A DNA stretch of 64,000 bases from Opitutales bacterium (GCA_965197745.1 CBDANS010000007.1:1952001-2016000), one strand, 5' to 3'; shown: positions 29,623 to 41,345, numbered from the stretch's first letter. The notes: a model not told the origin generated them from the letters alone. Program-made: numbers and translations.

Positions 29623-29952
29623 TTGGAAATTCCTAAATTAAAAATTCCAACTGTGAAGTTTGAAAAACTATTGGAATCCTATGCTCCCTATCTGACCAAG
29701 ATTGGATTGGGTGGATTCGCTGCCATGATAGGGATTGGCATCGCAAGTCTTAAGAAATTGGGTTTAACCCTAATCTCAGTCCTGCCATTGTTTTTTCTCG
29801 CCACCTTTTTTGTCTTCATTTGGATTATCGGGCATCATATAGAAAAAGCCTTAGAAAAGAGAAGTGTCTCAGAGATCGATGAAGAGAAAATGTCTGAATT
29901 CAGAAAAAAACTGGAAGCCAGAAATTCTGAAGATGAGTTTGTCGATATATGA
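29623..29952 (+). CDS. Small membrane protein
   Basis: Two hydrophobic segments and a charged tail; AGAGAGG upstream of the TTG start. Confidence 0.55.
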   Translation: MEIPKLKIPTVKFEKLLESYAPYLTKIGLGGFAAMIGIGIASLKKLGLTLISVLPLFFLATFFVFIWIIGHHIEKALEKRSVSEIDEEKMSEFRKKLEARNSEDEFVDI

Positions 29953-30166
29953 GGGATGACCGATGCTTCAGGTTGTAAGGATGAATACCATCTATTTGGC
30001 ATGCGCTCCTCTCTCAGCCCGCATCAAGTCGGGGAAGACTATGAGAATGATTGTCAGATCAAATCCATCTCCTCCACAGCAATAACTTGCTGGAGAGAAG
30101 GTGTGGTGGATCGCTTCGTTTGCCTCATATTCACCCAAATAATCCTGGTGCTTATACTTGCCGCTC

Positions 30167-31203
30167 TTACAGCGGCAATTGAACGAGCCGGTTGGTGTGT
30201 GAGGATTGGAGACTGGCGAGGCACATTTCAATGGCCATGCGGCCGTCTTTCCCTGTAACCGAAGGTTCACGGTCTGCACGGATACAGTCGATATACTCTT
30301 GTAGCATGGCCGCATAGGCCTCAAGTCGAACAGGATCTGCTGGATTCGTAATTGTCAATGCCGGTTGCTCCCAAATTGTCTCCCAGCCCTTATTCGTTGA
30401 TAAATTCAGTTTGCCTAAACCATCGAGATTGAGAAGTCCTTTCTCTCCCATAATCTGCACGCTCATACGGGTTCCCGGGAAAGTGTTACCTGGCATTTCA
30501 CCCGAAGTCCACATTTGGGCAACCCCTCCATTATCGAAATTTATTTCAGCCATTGCACTCATATCAGAGACTTGATGCTCACCATAACTCTGCACCTTGC
30601 CATATATACTGATCGGCTCACTGCCCATAAGATAGCGTATGAGGTCAAAGGTGTGAGAGCAGAGCCCCATATACATGCCCCCTCCCGCTGGATCGAGATA
30701 GAATGGCCGTGTTGCTATTTCCTCCAATGACGCGTTGAGTGGGACGTGGCAAATAATTAATAGCTGGCAAACTTTGCCGATACGGTCTTCATCCAATATT
30801 TTTCGTGCCTGTTTAAAGACTCCACGGAATCGCCAGTGTTTTACCTGCATTAGCTTAATTCCGGCATTGCTACAGCCTTCAATCATAGCGTCACACTGCT
30901 TCAGGTCGGGTGCCATGGGCTTCTCAACGAGGACATGCTTCCCCGCGGCAGCGGCTATCAAGGTCTGCTCGTGATGAACCTGTTCCGGTGAAGTAATGAC
31001 AATCGCCTTGATATCTTTCCGTGAAATTAACCTTTCAATTGACTCCTCGTGATCGATTCCATATCTTTCGCAAGTTGCGGAGATCTTTTACCACAGGCCA
31101 CCGCGACGAGACGCGCCCTATTCGTGTATTTAGCTATGCATTCCGAGTATGTGCGGCCCATAAAACCCGCGCCTATCATGCCAACCCCTATTTCGTCAGT
31201 CAT
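30167..31203 (-). pseudogene. Gfo/Idh/MocA oxidoreductase, frameshifted near 31061-31068
   Basis: N-terminal GMIGAGFMG in one frame; YGIDHEESIERL...HVLVEKPMA continues in another; a single base is missing. Confidence 0.85.
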
Positions 31204-31380
31204 GAGAAAGGAGTAATGGGCTAAAGGTTCAATGGCCAACAAATTTTTTCCTCTATCGCGCTCGTCATGAATCCCCTCGGAGTAATGGTATTTTATCTCC
31301 AGACTATTGCTTGAGCTGCTTCATTCTTATCTAAAATAAGTGTAGGAAAATATTTTATTTTCATCTAAGTTCTTAGTGTT

Positions 31381-32760
31381 ATGAGAACTGAACACGATTC
31401 CATGGGTAAAATGCAAGTGCCTGATGAAGCCCTTTACGGGGCATCTACGCAACGCGCGGTATTAAATTTTCCCATCAGTGACCGACATATGCCTGACGGT
31501 TTTATTAAAGGTTTAGCACTGATTAAATCAGCCTGTGCAACGGCGAATGAAGAGCTGGGTAAATTAAGCGGGAAAAAGGCTGAACTCATCAGGGAAGCAG
31601 CACAGGAGGTTGCTGAAGGAAAGCATATGGATCAATTCCCCGTTGATGTATTTCAAACCGGCTCCGGGACCTCTTCTAATATGAATATCAATGAAGTAAT
31701 CGCGAACCGCGTCAGTCAATTAGCGGGAAATTCGATTGGATCCAAGGAACCCGTCCACCCCAATGATGATGTTAATATGGGTCAATCGTCTAATGACATT
31801 GTGCCTTCAACCCTCCATGTCAGTGTTGCCGTCGCGATCAAGGACAATCTGTTGCCGGCCCTTGAGCACCTCGCCACAGCACTCGAGGTAAAAGCCCAGG
31901 CATTTGGTGACATCGTAAAGATTGGACGCACGCACCTCATGGACGCTACTCCATTGACTTTAGGTCAGGAGTTCTCCGGCTATTTATCCCAGGTGCGTAA
32001 AAGTATTAAACGCACAGAGAGCTGTCTCCAGCCCCTCGGCGAACTTGCTATCGGTGGCACCGCGGTGGGTACGGGAATTAATTGTCATTCGGATTTTCCC
32101 GGTAAAGTTTGTAAAATTCTCTCAGACTATACGGGGATCAATTTTCGCGAAGCCGAGAACCATTTTGAAGCACAAGGCGGACGTGACGACACCGTCGAGG
32201 TTGCAGGTATGCTAAACACCATCGCCGCAAGTTTGACAAAAATAGCCAATGACATTCGTTTGCTCAGCTCTGGTCCAAGATCGGGGCTCGGTGAAATCAC
32301 GCTTCCCGTCACACAGCCGGGCTCATCGATCATGCCCGGAAAAGTTAACCCCGTAATGAGTGAGATGCTGGTGCAAGTATGTATTTATGTACAGGGCATG
32401 TGCAACGTGGTATCGATGTGTGGACGCGATGGGCATTTTGAGCTCAACGTCACCATTCCTCTCATTGCTTATTCCCTGCACGATTCTATTCGCTGTCTGA
32501 GTAACGGCGCCCGCACTTTTGCAGACAGTTGTGTTACGGGTATTGAAGCCAATAGCGAAAGATGCCAGGAGCTCGTCGACCGCTCACTTATGCTCGTCAC
32601 CGCCTTGAATCCATATATCGGCTACGACAAAGCGGCAGAAGTGGCAAAAACGGCATTCTCTGAAAATAAGACCTTGCGAGAAGTGGTCCTCGAAAAAGAA
32701 CTGCTTGATGAAAAAACTCTCGATAAGGCCCTCAATCCCCTGGATATGACCAAGCCGTAA
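31381..32760 (+). CDS. fumC: Fumarate hydratase class II
   Basis: QTGSGTSSNMN, KIGRTHLMDATP and GSSIMPGKVNP motifs. Confidence 0.96.
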   Translation: MRTEHDSMGKMQVPDEALYGASTQRAVLNFPISDRHMPDGFIKGLALIKSACATANEELGKLSGKKAELIREAAQEVAEGKHMDQFPVDVFQTGSGTSSNMNINEVIANRVSQLAGNSIGSKEPVHPNDDVNMGQSSNDIVPSTLHVSVAVAIKDNLLPALEHLATALEVKAQAFGDIVKIGRTHLMDATPLTLGQEFSGYLSQVRKSIKRTESCLQPLGELAIGGTAVGTGINCHSDFPGKVCKILSDYTGINFREAENHFEAQGGRDDTVEVAGMLNTIAASLTKIANDIRLLSSGPRSGLGEITLPVTQPGSSIMPGKVNPVMSEMLVQVCIYVQGMCNVVSMCGRDGHFELNVTIPLIAYSLHDSIRCLSNGARTFADSCVTGIEANSERCQELVDRSLMLVTALNPYIGYDKAAEVAKTAFSENKTLREVVLEKELLDEKTLDKALNPLDMTKP

Positions 32761-32834
32761 TATTCTTATAAACTATATCGTATATGTGATTGCCGAACGG
32801 CTGGCTTCGCTGCTTATCGCACATGGCACTTAGC

Positions 32835-33257
32835 TTAAGCTCCGTTGAAAGCTAAGACAATATTGCGCTTATGCGGAGCGGTGCGGTGCTCCCATAAATA
32901 GACCCCCTGCTAGGTGCCGAGACAAAGTCGGCCGTTGATAAAGGGGATGACTTCTGCTGTTCGAGTAAGCGCCATCTTGATATGACTGGGCATGTCGTCG
33001 GGCCCCTCCTGGGTATGAGTAAAGTCCGGATTATTCTCTGGAACGAGCTTATCAAAATACAGTTCCAAATCACTTCGCACCGAGGGGTCGGCATTCTCCA
33101 TGATGATCAGACTGCAACTGGTGTGCTGACAATAAACGGTAACTGCACCTTCCCTTAAGCTACTCCGTATTAAGGTATCACTAATCGCGTCAGTAATCTC
33201 ATAGGTGCCTTTACCTCTGGTCCTCACGGTGATTATTTCATTGTATACCGTCATCAA
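32835..33257 (-). pseudogene. yjbQ: YjbQ/UPF0047 family protein with in-frame TAG
   Basis: HTSCSL, EGPDDMPSHIK, then LGT*QGVYLWEHR where the family has LGTWQ; the frame continues to TAA at 32835. Confidence 0.88.
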
Positions 33258-33322
33258 TAAAGAGGCACAGATTTGAAAATGTCAGTTGCCGGCATCAAGC
33301 CACACTCCCTATGGATTCCAGC

Positions 33323-34504
33323 TTAACCTTTGTCACCAGCACCAACGACTCTCGAGTTGGGATTCAATTCCTCTATTTTGGACTCTGGAGTGATTTCTAA
33401 CAATTCACCAGGCGCTTCACTTGATAGCTCGGAAGATTCTTCAGGGGATACTATCTGTACGATTTCCTCTTCGGCAGGTTCCTCAGGGATGAGGGGGTCC
33501 TCCACAAGCTCTTCTATTGGTTTTGCTATGACACGCACATTATATCCCATTTCCTCCCCATCCCGATTAACCTTAACGCTAATAAACTGACCTTCTCGGG
33601 CATAGAAGAAGGCGTTCCGCACATCACTGACTTTAGAAATACTGTTACCATCAATGCTGACAAGCACATCTCCGGGAAACATTCCCGCTCTCTCGGCCGG
33701 CGTATTCGCATGAATTTTTTTGAGAACAATCTGTATACCGTCCTTGATTGTATTTTGCTCTTCAGAGTCAAACCCGATCCAGCCATAAGTAACTTTTCCG
33801 GAAAAGAGAAGGTCATCCCTCACACGCAATGCCGCGCGGGCGGGCAGAATATAGGATGCCTGCAATTCTCTCAATACACCTATCTGCACACCGACCAGTT
33901 TGCCATTGAGATCAAGTAGAGGAGCTCCGTCTTCACCTACCGCCCGAGGGATGGAAGCACGAAGGTATGTACAAGGAAACATACTCTCTCCAAACCCACT
34001 TTCCTGTCCCCCAATAATTCCCAGGTAAGGCGTTGGATCCAATTCAAAAGGGGTGCTTAACCGCACCACCATTGTCCCAATAGGGGGTAATCCGGTAGTA
34101 TCAGTGAGGTGAAGATAATTAAATTTCTCCGGTAGAGTACTGACCTGAAGCAGAGAAAGGTTGTTCGTTATATCATCGCCTGCGGTCTCTGCCAGATATT
34201 CGATCCCACGATGGACGACCCATACACGATCCGCATCTGAAGCGAGCACCGCGTTGGTCAGAATATGACCTTCACGACTGATAAAAAACCCGGTGCCCAT
34301 CCTGACTTCAATATCCGGGTCTCCCATTTCCGTAACACCTTCATAGGCAGCCTTTACATGAACGATGGCATCTTTATTCTCTTCAAAGATACCGACAATT
34401 CGTTTTTGAAGGCTTAAAAAATCCCCATTTTCTATGGCCGATATGGAGAGCGGTAAGGCCAAAAAAAAACAGACAAGCGGCAGGTAATCAAAAAGGCGCC
34501 TCAT
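33323..34504 (-). CDS. HtrA/DegP-like protease-PDZ protein lacking the catalytic triad
   Basis: Signal peptide, GTGFFIS, ILTNAVL (no His), GEDGAPLL (no Ser), PDZ motif TPAERAGMFPGDV, acidic tail. Confidence 0.82.
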   Translation of the reverse strand: MRRLFDYLPLVCFFLALPLSISAIENGDFLSLQKRIVGIFEENKDAIVHVKAAYEGVTEMGDPDIEVRMGTGFFISREGHILTNAVLASDADRVWVVHRGIEYLAETAGDDITNNLSLLQVSTLPEKFNYLHLTDTTGLPPIGTMVVRLSTPFELDPTPYLGIIGGQESGFGESMFPCTYLRASIPRAVGEDGAPLLDLNGKLVGVQIGVLRELQASYILPARAALRVRDDLLFSGKVTYGWIGFDSEEQNTIKDGIQIVLKKIHANTPAERAGMFPGDVLVSIDGNSISKVSDVRNAFFYAREGQFISVKVNRDGEEMGYNVRVIAKPIEELVEDPLIPEEPAEEEIVQIVSPEESSELSSEAPGELLEITPESKIEELNPNSRVVGAGDKG

Positions 34505-34514
34505 CTGCTATTTT

Positions 34515-35090
34515 CTAACGGCCGAAGGTTGCAGGGATAACGTGAAGATCAGTTTGGGATTTATTCTCGAATAATTCATTGCCCAGTCTGGAGCTGTAAT
34601 CAGGAGCATGGCTGAATGTTCGAGTGGCCATTACTTTTCTAAATTTATCGCTTTGCTCTTTAGGTTTCGGCGTTATATCGATGACAAAAAATGCGTGAGA
34701 CTGCTTTTTGGGGTCGTTTTTTGCGAGATCGAGAGCGGCTATATCAAGGCTTGTCAGATTTTTTTCAAAATTGGCTGAGGATGACGTTTCTGCGGCAAGA
34801 GTAGTTTGTTCTGTTTCATTTGTCGTAAACCAACCGTAATGATAAATAGCAAAGGTGATGGTAAAAACAGAGGCAACTGCTATGGGGAGAACCATCTGAA
34901 GGTGAGTTTTCAAAAAATGATAGCAATCGGCATACCAGGGCTCGGGATGGACAAGCGCCTGCAGGGTCTTCTGCCGTAACTCACGGTCAAACTTATCCCA
35001 GAATTCCTTGCTCGGTTTTTCTTCCCTTTTCAGAAGCAACAAGGATTCCAGGCTGATTTTTTGAACTGTATTATTATTATCTAATGCCAT
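34515..35090 (-). CDS. Putative anti-sigma factor (single TM)
   Basis: Directly downstream of the ECF sigma; short N-terminal domain (LLLLKREEKPSKEFWDKFDREL) plus one TM helix. Confidence 0.6.
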   Translation of the reverse strand: MALDNNNTVQKISLESLLLLKREEKPSKEFWDKFDRELRQKTLQALVHPEPWYADCYHFLKTHLQMVLPIAVASVFTITFAIYHYGWFTTNETEQTTLAAETSSSANFEKNLTSLDIAALDLAKNDPKKQSHAFFVIDITPKPKEQSDKFRKVMATRTFSHAPDYSSRLGNELFENKSQTDLHVIPATFGR

Positions 35091-35107
35091 TGATAATCGT
35101 GGATAGC

Positions 35108-35740
35108 TTAATCTAAATAATCATGAAGGTAAGCTTGTAACTGTTGCTTTGCGTAATGCAACCGTGATCGCACTGTGCCGACGGAGCATTTCATGACCTT
35201 GGAGATGTCATGGTGGCTAAGCCCTTCTATTTCATATAAAACCACAACTGTTCTATGTTTATCAGACAGTTTTTGCAGTGCTTCGTTCAATTTTTCCTGC
35301 AGTTCACTCATAAGCGCCGATTTTTCAGATTTAACTTTTACGGACAGCGCTTCTACAATTTCTGAGGAGCTTACTTCTTCATTAATGTTTTCAAAACTAA
35401 AAAAGCGCCGCATGCGGTTACGCTTAAGATGACTGAAGGTGGCGTTTACGGCGATGCGGTAAAGCCAGGTGTAAAAGGAAGATTTTCCTTTAAAACGTTT
35501 AATCGAACTAAAAGCCTTTATGAAGGTCTCTTGCGTAATGTCCGCAGCGTCTTCGCGATTAGAGCATAAATTGTAAATTATGGAATAAAGCCGCTCCCGG
35601 TATTTTAAAATCAGCTGATCAAAGGCAGCGACATCACCAGACTGTACACGGCGCACCGTTGCCAGATCACCATCTGCTTTGCTATGCTCTTTGAGTGCAC
35701 CTGGAGCCAGGGTATCTTCAACTGCATTAGTTAGAGCCAT
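35108..35740 (-). CDS. ECF RNA polymerase sigma factor (RpoE-like)
   Basis: GDVAAFDQL, DAADITQETF, FYTWLYRIAVN and SVGTVRSRLHYA motifs; start uncertain. Confidence 0.93.
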   Translation of the reverse strand: MALTNAVEDTLAPGALKEHSKADGDLATVRRVQSGDVAAFDQLILKYRERLYSIIYNLCSNREDAADITQETFIKAFSSIKRFKGKSSFYTWLYRIAVNATFSHLKRNRMRRFFSFENINEEVSSSEIVEALSVKVKSEKSALMSELQEKLNEALQKLSDKHRTVVVLYEIEGLSHHDISKVMKCSVGTVRSRLHYAKQQLQAYLHDYLD

Positions 35741-35845
35741 GACTATATAATAACTTATATTTCTCCCTCGAGAAATCAACTTTATTTCTTTATGCGGTTA
35801 GTAAATTAAGACTTAGAACTCAATCCCACAAAAAGAGGCTAATTT

Positions 35846-36874
35846 TCAATAAACCAATAGTTTATTTATTTGAGCCCTGAAATAGGTACTTAGTTCCTTT
35901 AAAAGTGCAACCGGCGGTTGATCCGCATAGTCTTCAATTGATTCTTCCGCTGCCTGGAGCTCATTTCGAAAGTAATTTTCAACCGCTTCAAACACACCAT
36001 TTTTTGCCATGTGTAAATTTAAACTGTTAATGTCAACCTTGCTGGAATTTTGAATTTCAATAAGGATTTCTTCGCGTTCCTTACCCTTTGCGCGCTCTAA
36101 AAGTAAAATAATTGGAAGTGTATATTTGCGACTATTTATATCGGTGCCCAATGTTTTCCCAATGGCTTCTTCAGAGCCGATAAAATCAGCGAGATCATCG
36201 TATATCTGATAAGCAATGCCCAGGTGGCGTCCAAAAGATCCAGCCGCTTCTACAAAATCATCTTCATAATTGCTTAATTTCGCTCCGAGATGGCATGAGA
36301 CATGAAATAATTCAGCGGTTTTTAAATTAATAACCCGAAAATAATCATTAATACTTACAGTAGGATCACCCTGTTGAAATGTCTGTCTGATCTCACCGGC
36401 ACACACTCTCCGCGTTGATTCGGAGACCAGACGGCAGACGTCAATAACTGGAAAGTCAGAAGCTAACCTTAAAGCTTGAGAAAAGAGTGCATCGCCAAGG
36501 AGAACAGCAATGCTCGAGCCAAATTTCTCGCTCGCCGTAGATTCATTTCGCCGAATTATTGCTTTGTCGAGGACGTCATCGTGCACAAGGGTAGCCATAT
36601 GCACAAATTCAATAACCGCAGCAGCTTTGACGAGCCCCGCGGAAATACTTTCGTCCAACGTCCAGCCGCTGTAAAAAACCAGCAAGGGTCGAAGATGTTT
36701 ACCCCTGTTATTGAGGCAATACTGAACGAGATCTTGTATTTCCAATTCGAATTCCCCACCCTGTTTATCCATAAAAGATTCCAGCGCCTGTAAATGCGGC
36801 AATGCCGGTTTCTCGATATCATTTAACTCTATATAACTGGAATTATTCACATGGTTTTTGGTGGTCAAAAGCAT
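35846..36874 (-). CDS. Polyprenyl diphosphate synthase (IspB/HepT-like)
   Basis: GKHLRP, LVHDDVLD, AVLLGD, KTA and YQIYDD motifs. Confidence 0.92.
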   Translation of the reverse strand: MLLTTKNHVNNSSYIELNDIEKPALPHLQALESFMDKQGGEFELEIQDLVQYCLNNRGKHLRPLLVFYSGWTLDESISAGLVKAAAVIEFVHMATLVHDDVLDKAIIRRNESTASEKFGSSIAVLLGDALFSQALRLASDFPVIDVCRLVSESTRRVCAGEIRQTFQQGDPTVSINDYFRVINLKTAELFHVSCHLGAKLSNYEDDFVEAAGSFGRHLGIAYQIYDDLADFIGSEEAIGKTLGTDINSRKYTLPIILLLERAKGKEREEILIEIQNSSKVDINSLNLHMAKNGVFEAVENYFRNELQAAEESIEDYADQPPVALLKELSTYFRAQINKLLVY

Positions 36875-36933
36875 GAATTGAACTTAAGTGACCAAACCTT
36901 AAAAGCAAGATTATAGAAAATAAAGATTAGGAA

Positions 36934-37578
36934 TTGTTCACAGATAAAATAAGCTTCATGAATCAAAATCCACTGACCATTCTATTAATAACCGGATTAA
37001 CCGCTTACCTTGCAAAAAGTTGGTGGAATGATTATAAGCTGAATAGGATCGGAAGACCTAACACCAGAACACTTCCTGGCGCGCGTCCGACAACTTTCAA
37101 CATAGTGATAATTGCTATCGCTGGCTCCCTCTTGATTCTCGCTGTTGAAACCAGCGGTGAAATCATCTTGGGAATCGCCCATGAACAGTCTACCGTCAGC
37201 TGGCTATTTCTCCTGGGGATGATCTCGGCGGGCTTTTACGAAGAACTACTCTTTCGTGGTTTCTTTGTCATTAAGGACAAAGGGGGAAAAGTATTGATTG
37301 CCAGCATTGTCGGATTTTCTGCGCTCTTTGCGCTCATTCATTTTCACTGGATTGATTGGACAGGGATGAAAAATGGCTGGTTTGTGCTGAACTTGCAAGT
37401 GGGCCCATGCTTTTGGACGGTTATCCTTTTCATCAATTCCCTGTGGTTTTACACCGTCCGTTTCTTTGCTTTAAATAAAACACAATCGCTTATCCCCTGC
37501 ATCGTCGCTCACGTCATAAGCAATGTTGGGGTATTTATTATCAAGTTAGCTCAAGGCCATGTCTCGGGAGTATATTGA
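36934..37578 (+). CDS. CPBP (Abi) family intramembrane protease
   Basis: YEELLFRG, FALIH and HVISN motifs; start uncertain. Confidence 0.82.
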   Translation: MFTDKISFMNQNPLTILLITGLTAYLAKSWWNDYKLNRIGRPNTRTLPGARPTTFNIVIIAIAGSLLILAVETSGEIILGIAHEQSTVSWLFLLGMISAGFYEELLFRGFFVIKDKGGKVLIASIVGFSALFALIHFHWIDWTGMKNGWFVLNLQVGPCFWTVILFINSLWFYTVRFFALNKTQSLIPCIVAHVISNVGVFIIKLAQGHVSGVY

Positions 37579-37621
37579 GAATGCCTCCCCCCTCTTAGAG
37601 ACATACCCATCAGCCATTTAT

Positions 37622-39631
37622 TCAGGCTAAAGCGGGTTCGGTGTCGGGGCCAAGCTCCTCACCTTTTTTATCATCTTTGGCCTCTGCCTTTTCCTCATCA
37701 GGGGTCTCTTCAACTGCCGGTTTCGGCGTTTCCAGCTTTTTAAATACAGGAGAGCGAATTTCTCCAAACTCGAGAATTTCATTTACGTGTTTGCCTTCAA
37801 TGGTCTCGTATTCAAGTAGTGCCTGAGCTACTTTTTCCAAGGCTTCGCGCCGCTCTGTAATAATTTCCGTGCACCGTTTGTACTGCCCCTTAATAATTTT
37901 TTGTATCTCTGTGTCTATCTCCTGGGCCGTTTTTTCACTGTAGTTCTGGTCTCTTGTTATTTCCTTGCCAAGAAAGATATGATCCTGATTTTCCCCATAG
38001 GCGATGGGTCCCATATCACTCATCCCCCAATCACAAACCATATGGCGTGAAATCTCTGTTGACATTTTTATATCTTGAGAGGCACCGCTGGTGATATCAT
38101 CAAAGATAATTTCTTCAGCTACGCGTCCGCCCATGAGGGTACAAATTTGATTAATTACGCGTTTCTTTTGCTGATTAAGAATATCTTTCTTCGGAATGAA
38201 CATAGTGCTGCCCAGACTTTGGCCACGAGGGATAATGCTTACTTTATGAACGGGTAAATTATCATCACCGATAATCGCTGCCACCACGGCATGACCAGCT
38301 TCATGGTAAGCTGATAATTTCTTATCTTCGTCGTCCATGAGACGGCGGCGCTCGCGTCCAAATGCTATCTTATCCCGCGCCTCGTCAATATCAGTCATCT
38401 CTACTTCATTCTTTCCATAACGCGCCGCAAGCAGCGCTGCTTCATTAAGCAGATTTTCCAAGTCGGCGCCGCTAAAGCCGGATGTATTGCGTGCAACTAT
38501 ATTGAGATCAATCTCCTTCTGCATCGTGATTTGTTTCGCGTGAACTTTAAGTATTGCTTCACGTCCAACGAGATCAGGCATATCAATAGTAATCTGGCGA
38601 TCAAAACGACCGGGGCGAAGAAGAGCACTGTCGAGCACGTCGGGTCGATTGGTTGCCGCCATGATAATTACGCCTTCATGCGATTCAAATCCGTCCATTT
38701 CTGCGAGTAAAGAATTGAGTGTCTGCTCGCGTTCATCGTTACCACCGCCCAGACCGGCTCCCCGTTGGCGACCCACAGCGTCTATTTCATCGATAAATAT
38801 AATACAAGGGGCATTTTTTCGGCCCTGTTCAAACATATCGCGCACGCGCGCAGCGCCAACGCCAACAAACATCTCCACGAAGTCAGAACCACCAATGCTA
38901 AAGAAAGGCACATCGGCCTCACCGGCTACGGCACGAGCGAGAAGCGTCTTACCAGTTCCGGGTGCACCAACCAGCAACACACCCTTCGGTATGTGACCGC
39001 CAATTTTTTGAAACTTCTTCGGGTCCTTTAGAAATTCGACTATTTCATGGACATCTTCTTTTGCTTCTTCACAGCCGGCCACATCAGCAAATGTTACTTT
39101 TTCACGTTCGCGAGTAAGCATCTTCGCCCTGCTTTTGCCGAAATTCATCGCTCCTCGACCAGCAACGCGCAATTGACGCACAAAGAGAAAATAAAGGATA
39201 CCAATAATGATAATAAAAGGTAAGAGGGTCAGAATCACTTCCGTAAGCAGGGTGCTCGCTGGAACTTCTTTAAAGAGCCCCGTAGCTTGCAGACGCTCCA
39301 GATTTTCGTCCGTCAATCGTCCGCGCGCAATCACTCGCTGACTGCCCTCGGTTTGCATGTCAGCAAGAACCACATGTATTTCCGACCAATTCTGTCCCCC
39401 TGTTGGTTCAGCTTTTATCGTTCCCTCTTTTATGCGCCCCTCATCCACCGCATTCAGGACTTCATTAATCGTCCACTCCTGGCTTTTCTGACCCTGGGGT
39501 TCGCTAAAAAAGTAGAGGCTTAAAATTGCTCCGATAATGACAAACCAGATGATAAGCACTTTTGGTTGAAAGCGCTCGGGAGGAGCATTACGCAAGGGTT
39601 TATTGCGTTGTTCTTTTTCTTCTTCAGACAT
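37622..39631 (-). CDS. ftsH: ATP-dependent zinc metalloprotease FtsH
   Basis: Two TM helices, [14 protein letters not shown], second region of homology, HEAGH. Confidence 0.97.
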   Translation of the reverse strand: MSEEEKEQRNKPLRNAPPERFQPKVLIIWFVIIGAILSLYFFSEPQGQKSQEWTINEVLNAVDEGRIKEGTIKAEPTGGQNWSEIHVVLADMQTEGSQRVIARGRLTDENLERLQATGLFKEVPASTLLTEVILTLLPFIIIIGILYFLFVRQLRVAGRGAMNFGKSRAKMLTREREKVTFADVAGCEEAKEDVHEIVEFLKDPKKFQKIGGHIPKGVLLVGAPGTGKTLLARAVAGEADVPFFSIGGSDFVEMFVGVGAARVRDMFEQGRKNAPCIIFIDEIDAVGRQRGAGLGGGNDEREQTLNSLLAEMDGFESHEGVIIMAATNRPDVLDSALLRPGRFDRQITIDMPDLVGREAILKVHAKQITMQKEIDLNIVARNTSGFSGADLENLLNEAALLAARYGKNEVEMTDIDEARDKIAFGRERRRLMDDEDKKLSAYHEAGHAVVAAIIGDDNLPVHKVSIIPRGQSLGSTMFIPKKDILNQQKKRVINQICTLMGGRVAEEIIFDDITSGASQDIKMSTEISRHMVCDWGMSDMGPIAYGENQDHIFLGKEITRDQNYSEKTAQEIDTEIQKIIKGQYKRCTEIITERREALEKVAQALLEYETIEGKHVNEILEFGEIRSPVFKKLETPKPAVEETPDEEKAEAKDDKKGEELGPDTEPALA

Positions 39632-39659
39632 AGTAAATCAATTGTATTCCAACGTAAGA

Positions 39660-41123
39660 TCACGCGTAAGTCAACCTCAGAGCGTGGTTTGTAAATCTGT
39701 CGATTTTATGGGAATCCGCAGGAGGCAATCCCGGGATCCATAAAATTGTATCATTATCAACGCAGACAACAGGCAATTGATTTCGTTCCTCGGGAGAGAT
39801 TTTTCGATTAGTAAATATATCCTGAAGTTTGCTTGTCCCGGGTGAACCAAGGGGTCGATAGCGATCACCAGGTTGCCACCGGCGAAGATCAAAGCCGAGA
39901 ATGGGATCTTTCTCCTCTTTTCTTAAAAACGCATAGTGGTTTTCATCATAGGCTCCGTTAATTATGGAATCGCGAAGGGCACTATCGATTTGTACCGTTT
40001 CTGCCATGAAGCGTGTACCCTGCGGCAAAAACACCTCGGCATTGATCGGAGCAAACACAGGGGGCCAATCCGGTTCTTCAGCTGTCGATACTACGCTCAA
40101 CCATCCCCCTTTATATTCAATAAAGTTCTTATTACCGGCGCTCATGCGCAGATCCTGATGATTTAAAATACGGCTCAGCAAATTTTCTATCGCTTCACGT
40201 GAAAACACGGGCATTAAGTTTTGCGCATCAAGCCAATGGTATAATGCGCGCCGTATGATAGCAGTAGGTTTTTCAATTATCCGACCAATAGCGTAGGGCT
40301 GACCCGGACCAAAATTCTGTTCTAATTCGGCTAGCCAGGTTTCCAAAGCTTTATCGTCTTCTTCCAGCAAGAGGCGGGCGTGTGCTGCCCCCTCATCTAT
40401 ATTACGATCTTCTGCATTACGCCAGGCGGGTAATACAGAGTTACGCAGTCGGTTGCGCAAAAAGATGTTTTCAGAATTACTTTTATCATCACACCAGGGT
40501 ATATTCTGCTCTTCCAGGCATGCCTTGATTTCAGTTTTGGTAATGTCTAAAAGAGGACGAATGTGGACAATATTATTCTGATGATAATGGACGGGCCGAG
40601 GGGCCGCGAGGCCGGCTGAACCACTTCCCCGTGCCAATCGCATAAGCATCGTTTCCGTTATATCTTCTTTAACATGACCTGAAAATAACGCCCGGCTATC
40701 GATCGTATCCATTATCTCGGTGAAAAAATTATACCGTGCCTCACGCGCTTGAACTTCGTTCACAATTTCCTTTTCCCCTCGATCCATGGTCCCCGAGTGA
40801 CAGAGGAGATCCAATCCATGCGCTAATTTTTTTACAAAATCCGCATCGCTATCCGATGCCTCACCGCGCATGCAATGATTGAAGTGTAAAATGTGCAAGT
40901 CGCCATGACGGTGTGCATAGTGAGCGTAAAGAAGTAACAACAGACAAACAGAATCTGGCCCCCCGGAACAGGCGATCGACCAGGGGCGATCTTCCGTTTG
41001 TTTCTCTATCCAACTAGTCACCTCGGAATTAAAACGATCGTGTGAAAACTTTGCACTCAAGCTCTCAGCTAAAGAAGGCCAATCCAAAGGGCTGTGTGAT
41101 CTGTTTGAGATGTAATCCGACAT
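39660..41123 (-). CDS. tilS: tRNA(Ile)-lysidine synthetase
   Basis: SGGPDS, AREARY, IRPLL and RNRLR motifs, C-terminal domain; upstream of ftsH. Confidence 0.94.
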   Translation of the reverse strand: MSDYISNRSHSPLDWPSLAESLSAKFSHDRFNSEVTSWIEKQTEDRPWSIACSGGPDSVCLLLLLYAHYAHRHGDLHILHFNHCMRGEASDSDADFVKKLAHGLDLLCHSGTMDRGEKEIVNEVQAREARYNFFTEIMDTIDSRALFSGHVKEDITETMLMRLARGSGSAGLAAPRPVHYHQNNIVHIRPLLDITKTEIKACLEEQNIPWCDDKSNSENIFLRNRLRNSVLPAWRNAEDRNIDEGAAHARLLLEEDDKALETWLAELEQNFGPGQPYAIGRIIEKPTAIIRRALYHWLDAQNLMPVFSREAIENLLSRILNHQDLRMSAGNKNFIEYKGGWLSVVSTAEEPDWPPVFAPINAEVFLPQGTRFMAETVQIDSALRDSIINGAYDENHYAFLRKEEKDPILGFDLRRWQPGDRYRPLGSPGTSKLQDIFTNRKISPEERNQLPVVCVDNDTILWIPGLPPADSHKIDRFTNHALRLTYA

Positions 41124-41345
41124 AAGATGAAATAGTATGAAGATCTTTTAATTATAAACTGTAACTTTCGGTGGTTCTATAATATTATTCAGAACTTAAT
41201 TATAAAACCCACGCGAAGCTGAATTACATTTTCACCGATATATCCATATCTAATATACTACAGGACAAAGACCGTTAAGGATAATGGGGCGTAATCTGTT
41301 TCCTCTTTATAAATAAAAGATCGAATATATATTCATAACTGATAA

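Noticed and set aside
29956..30324. ORFs 29956..30258 (+) and 29992..30324 (-)
   Set aside because: They overlap the oxidoreductase 3' end and have no motifs; likely shadow ORFs.
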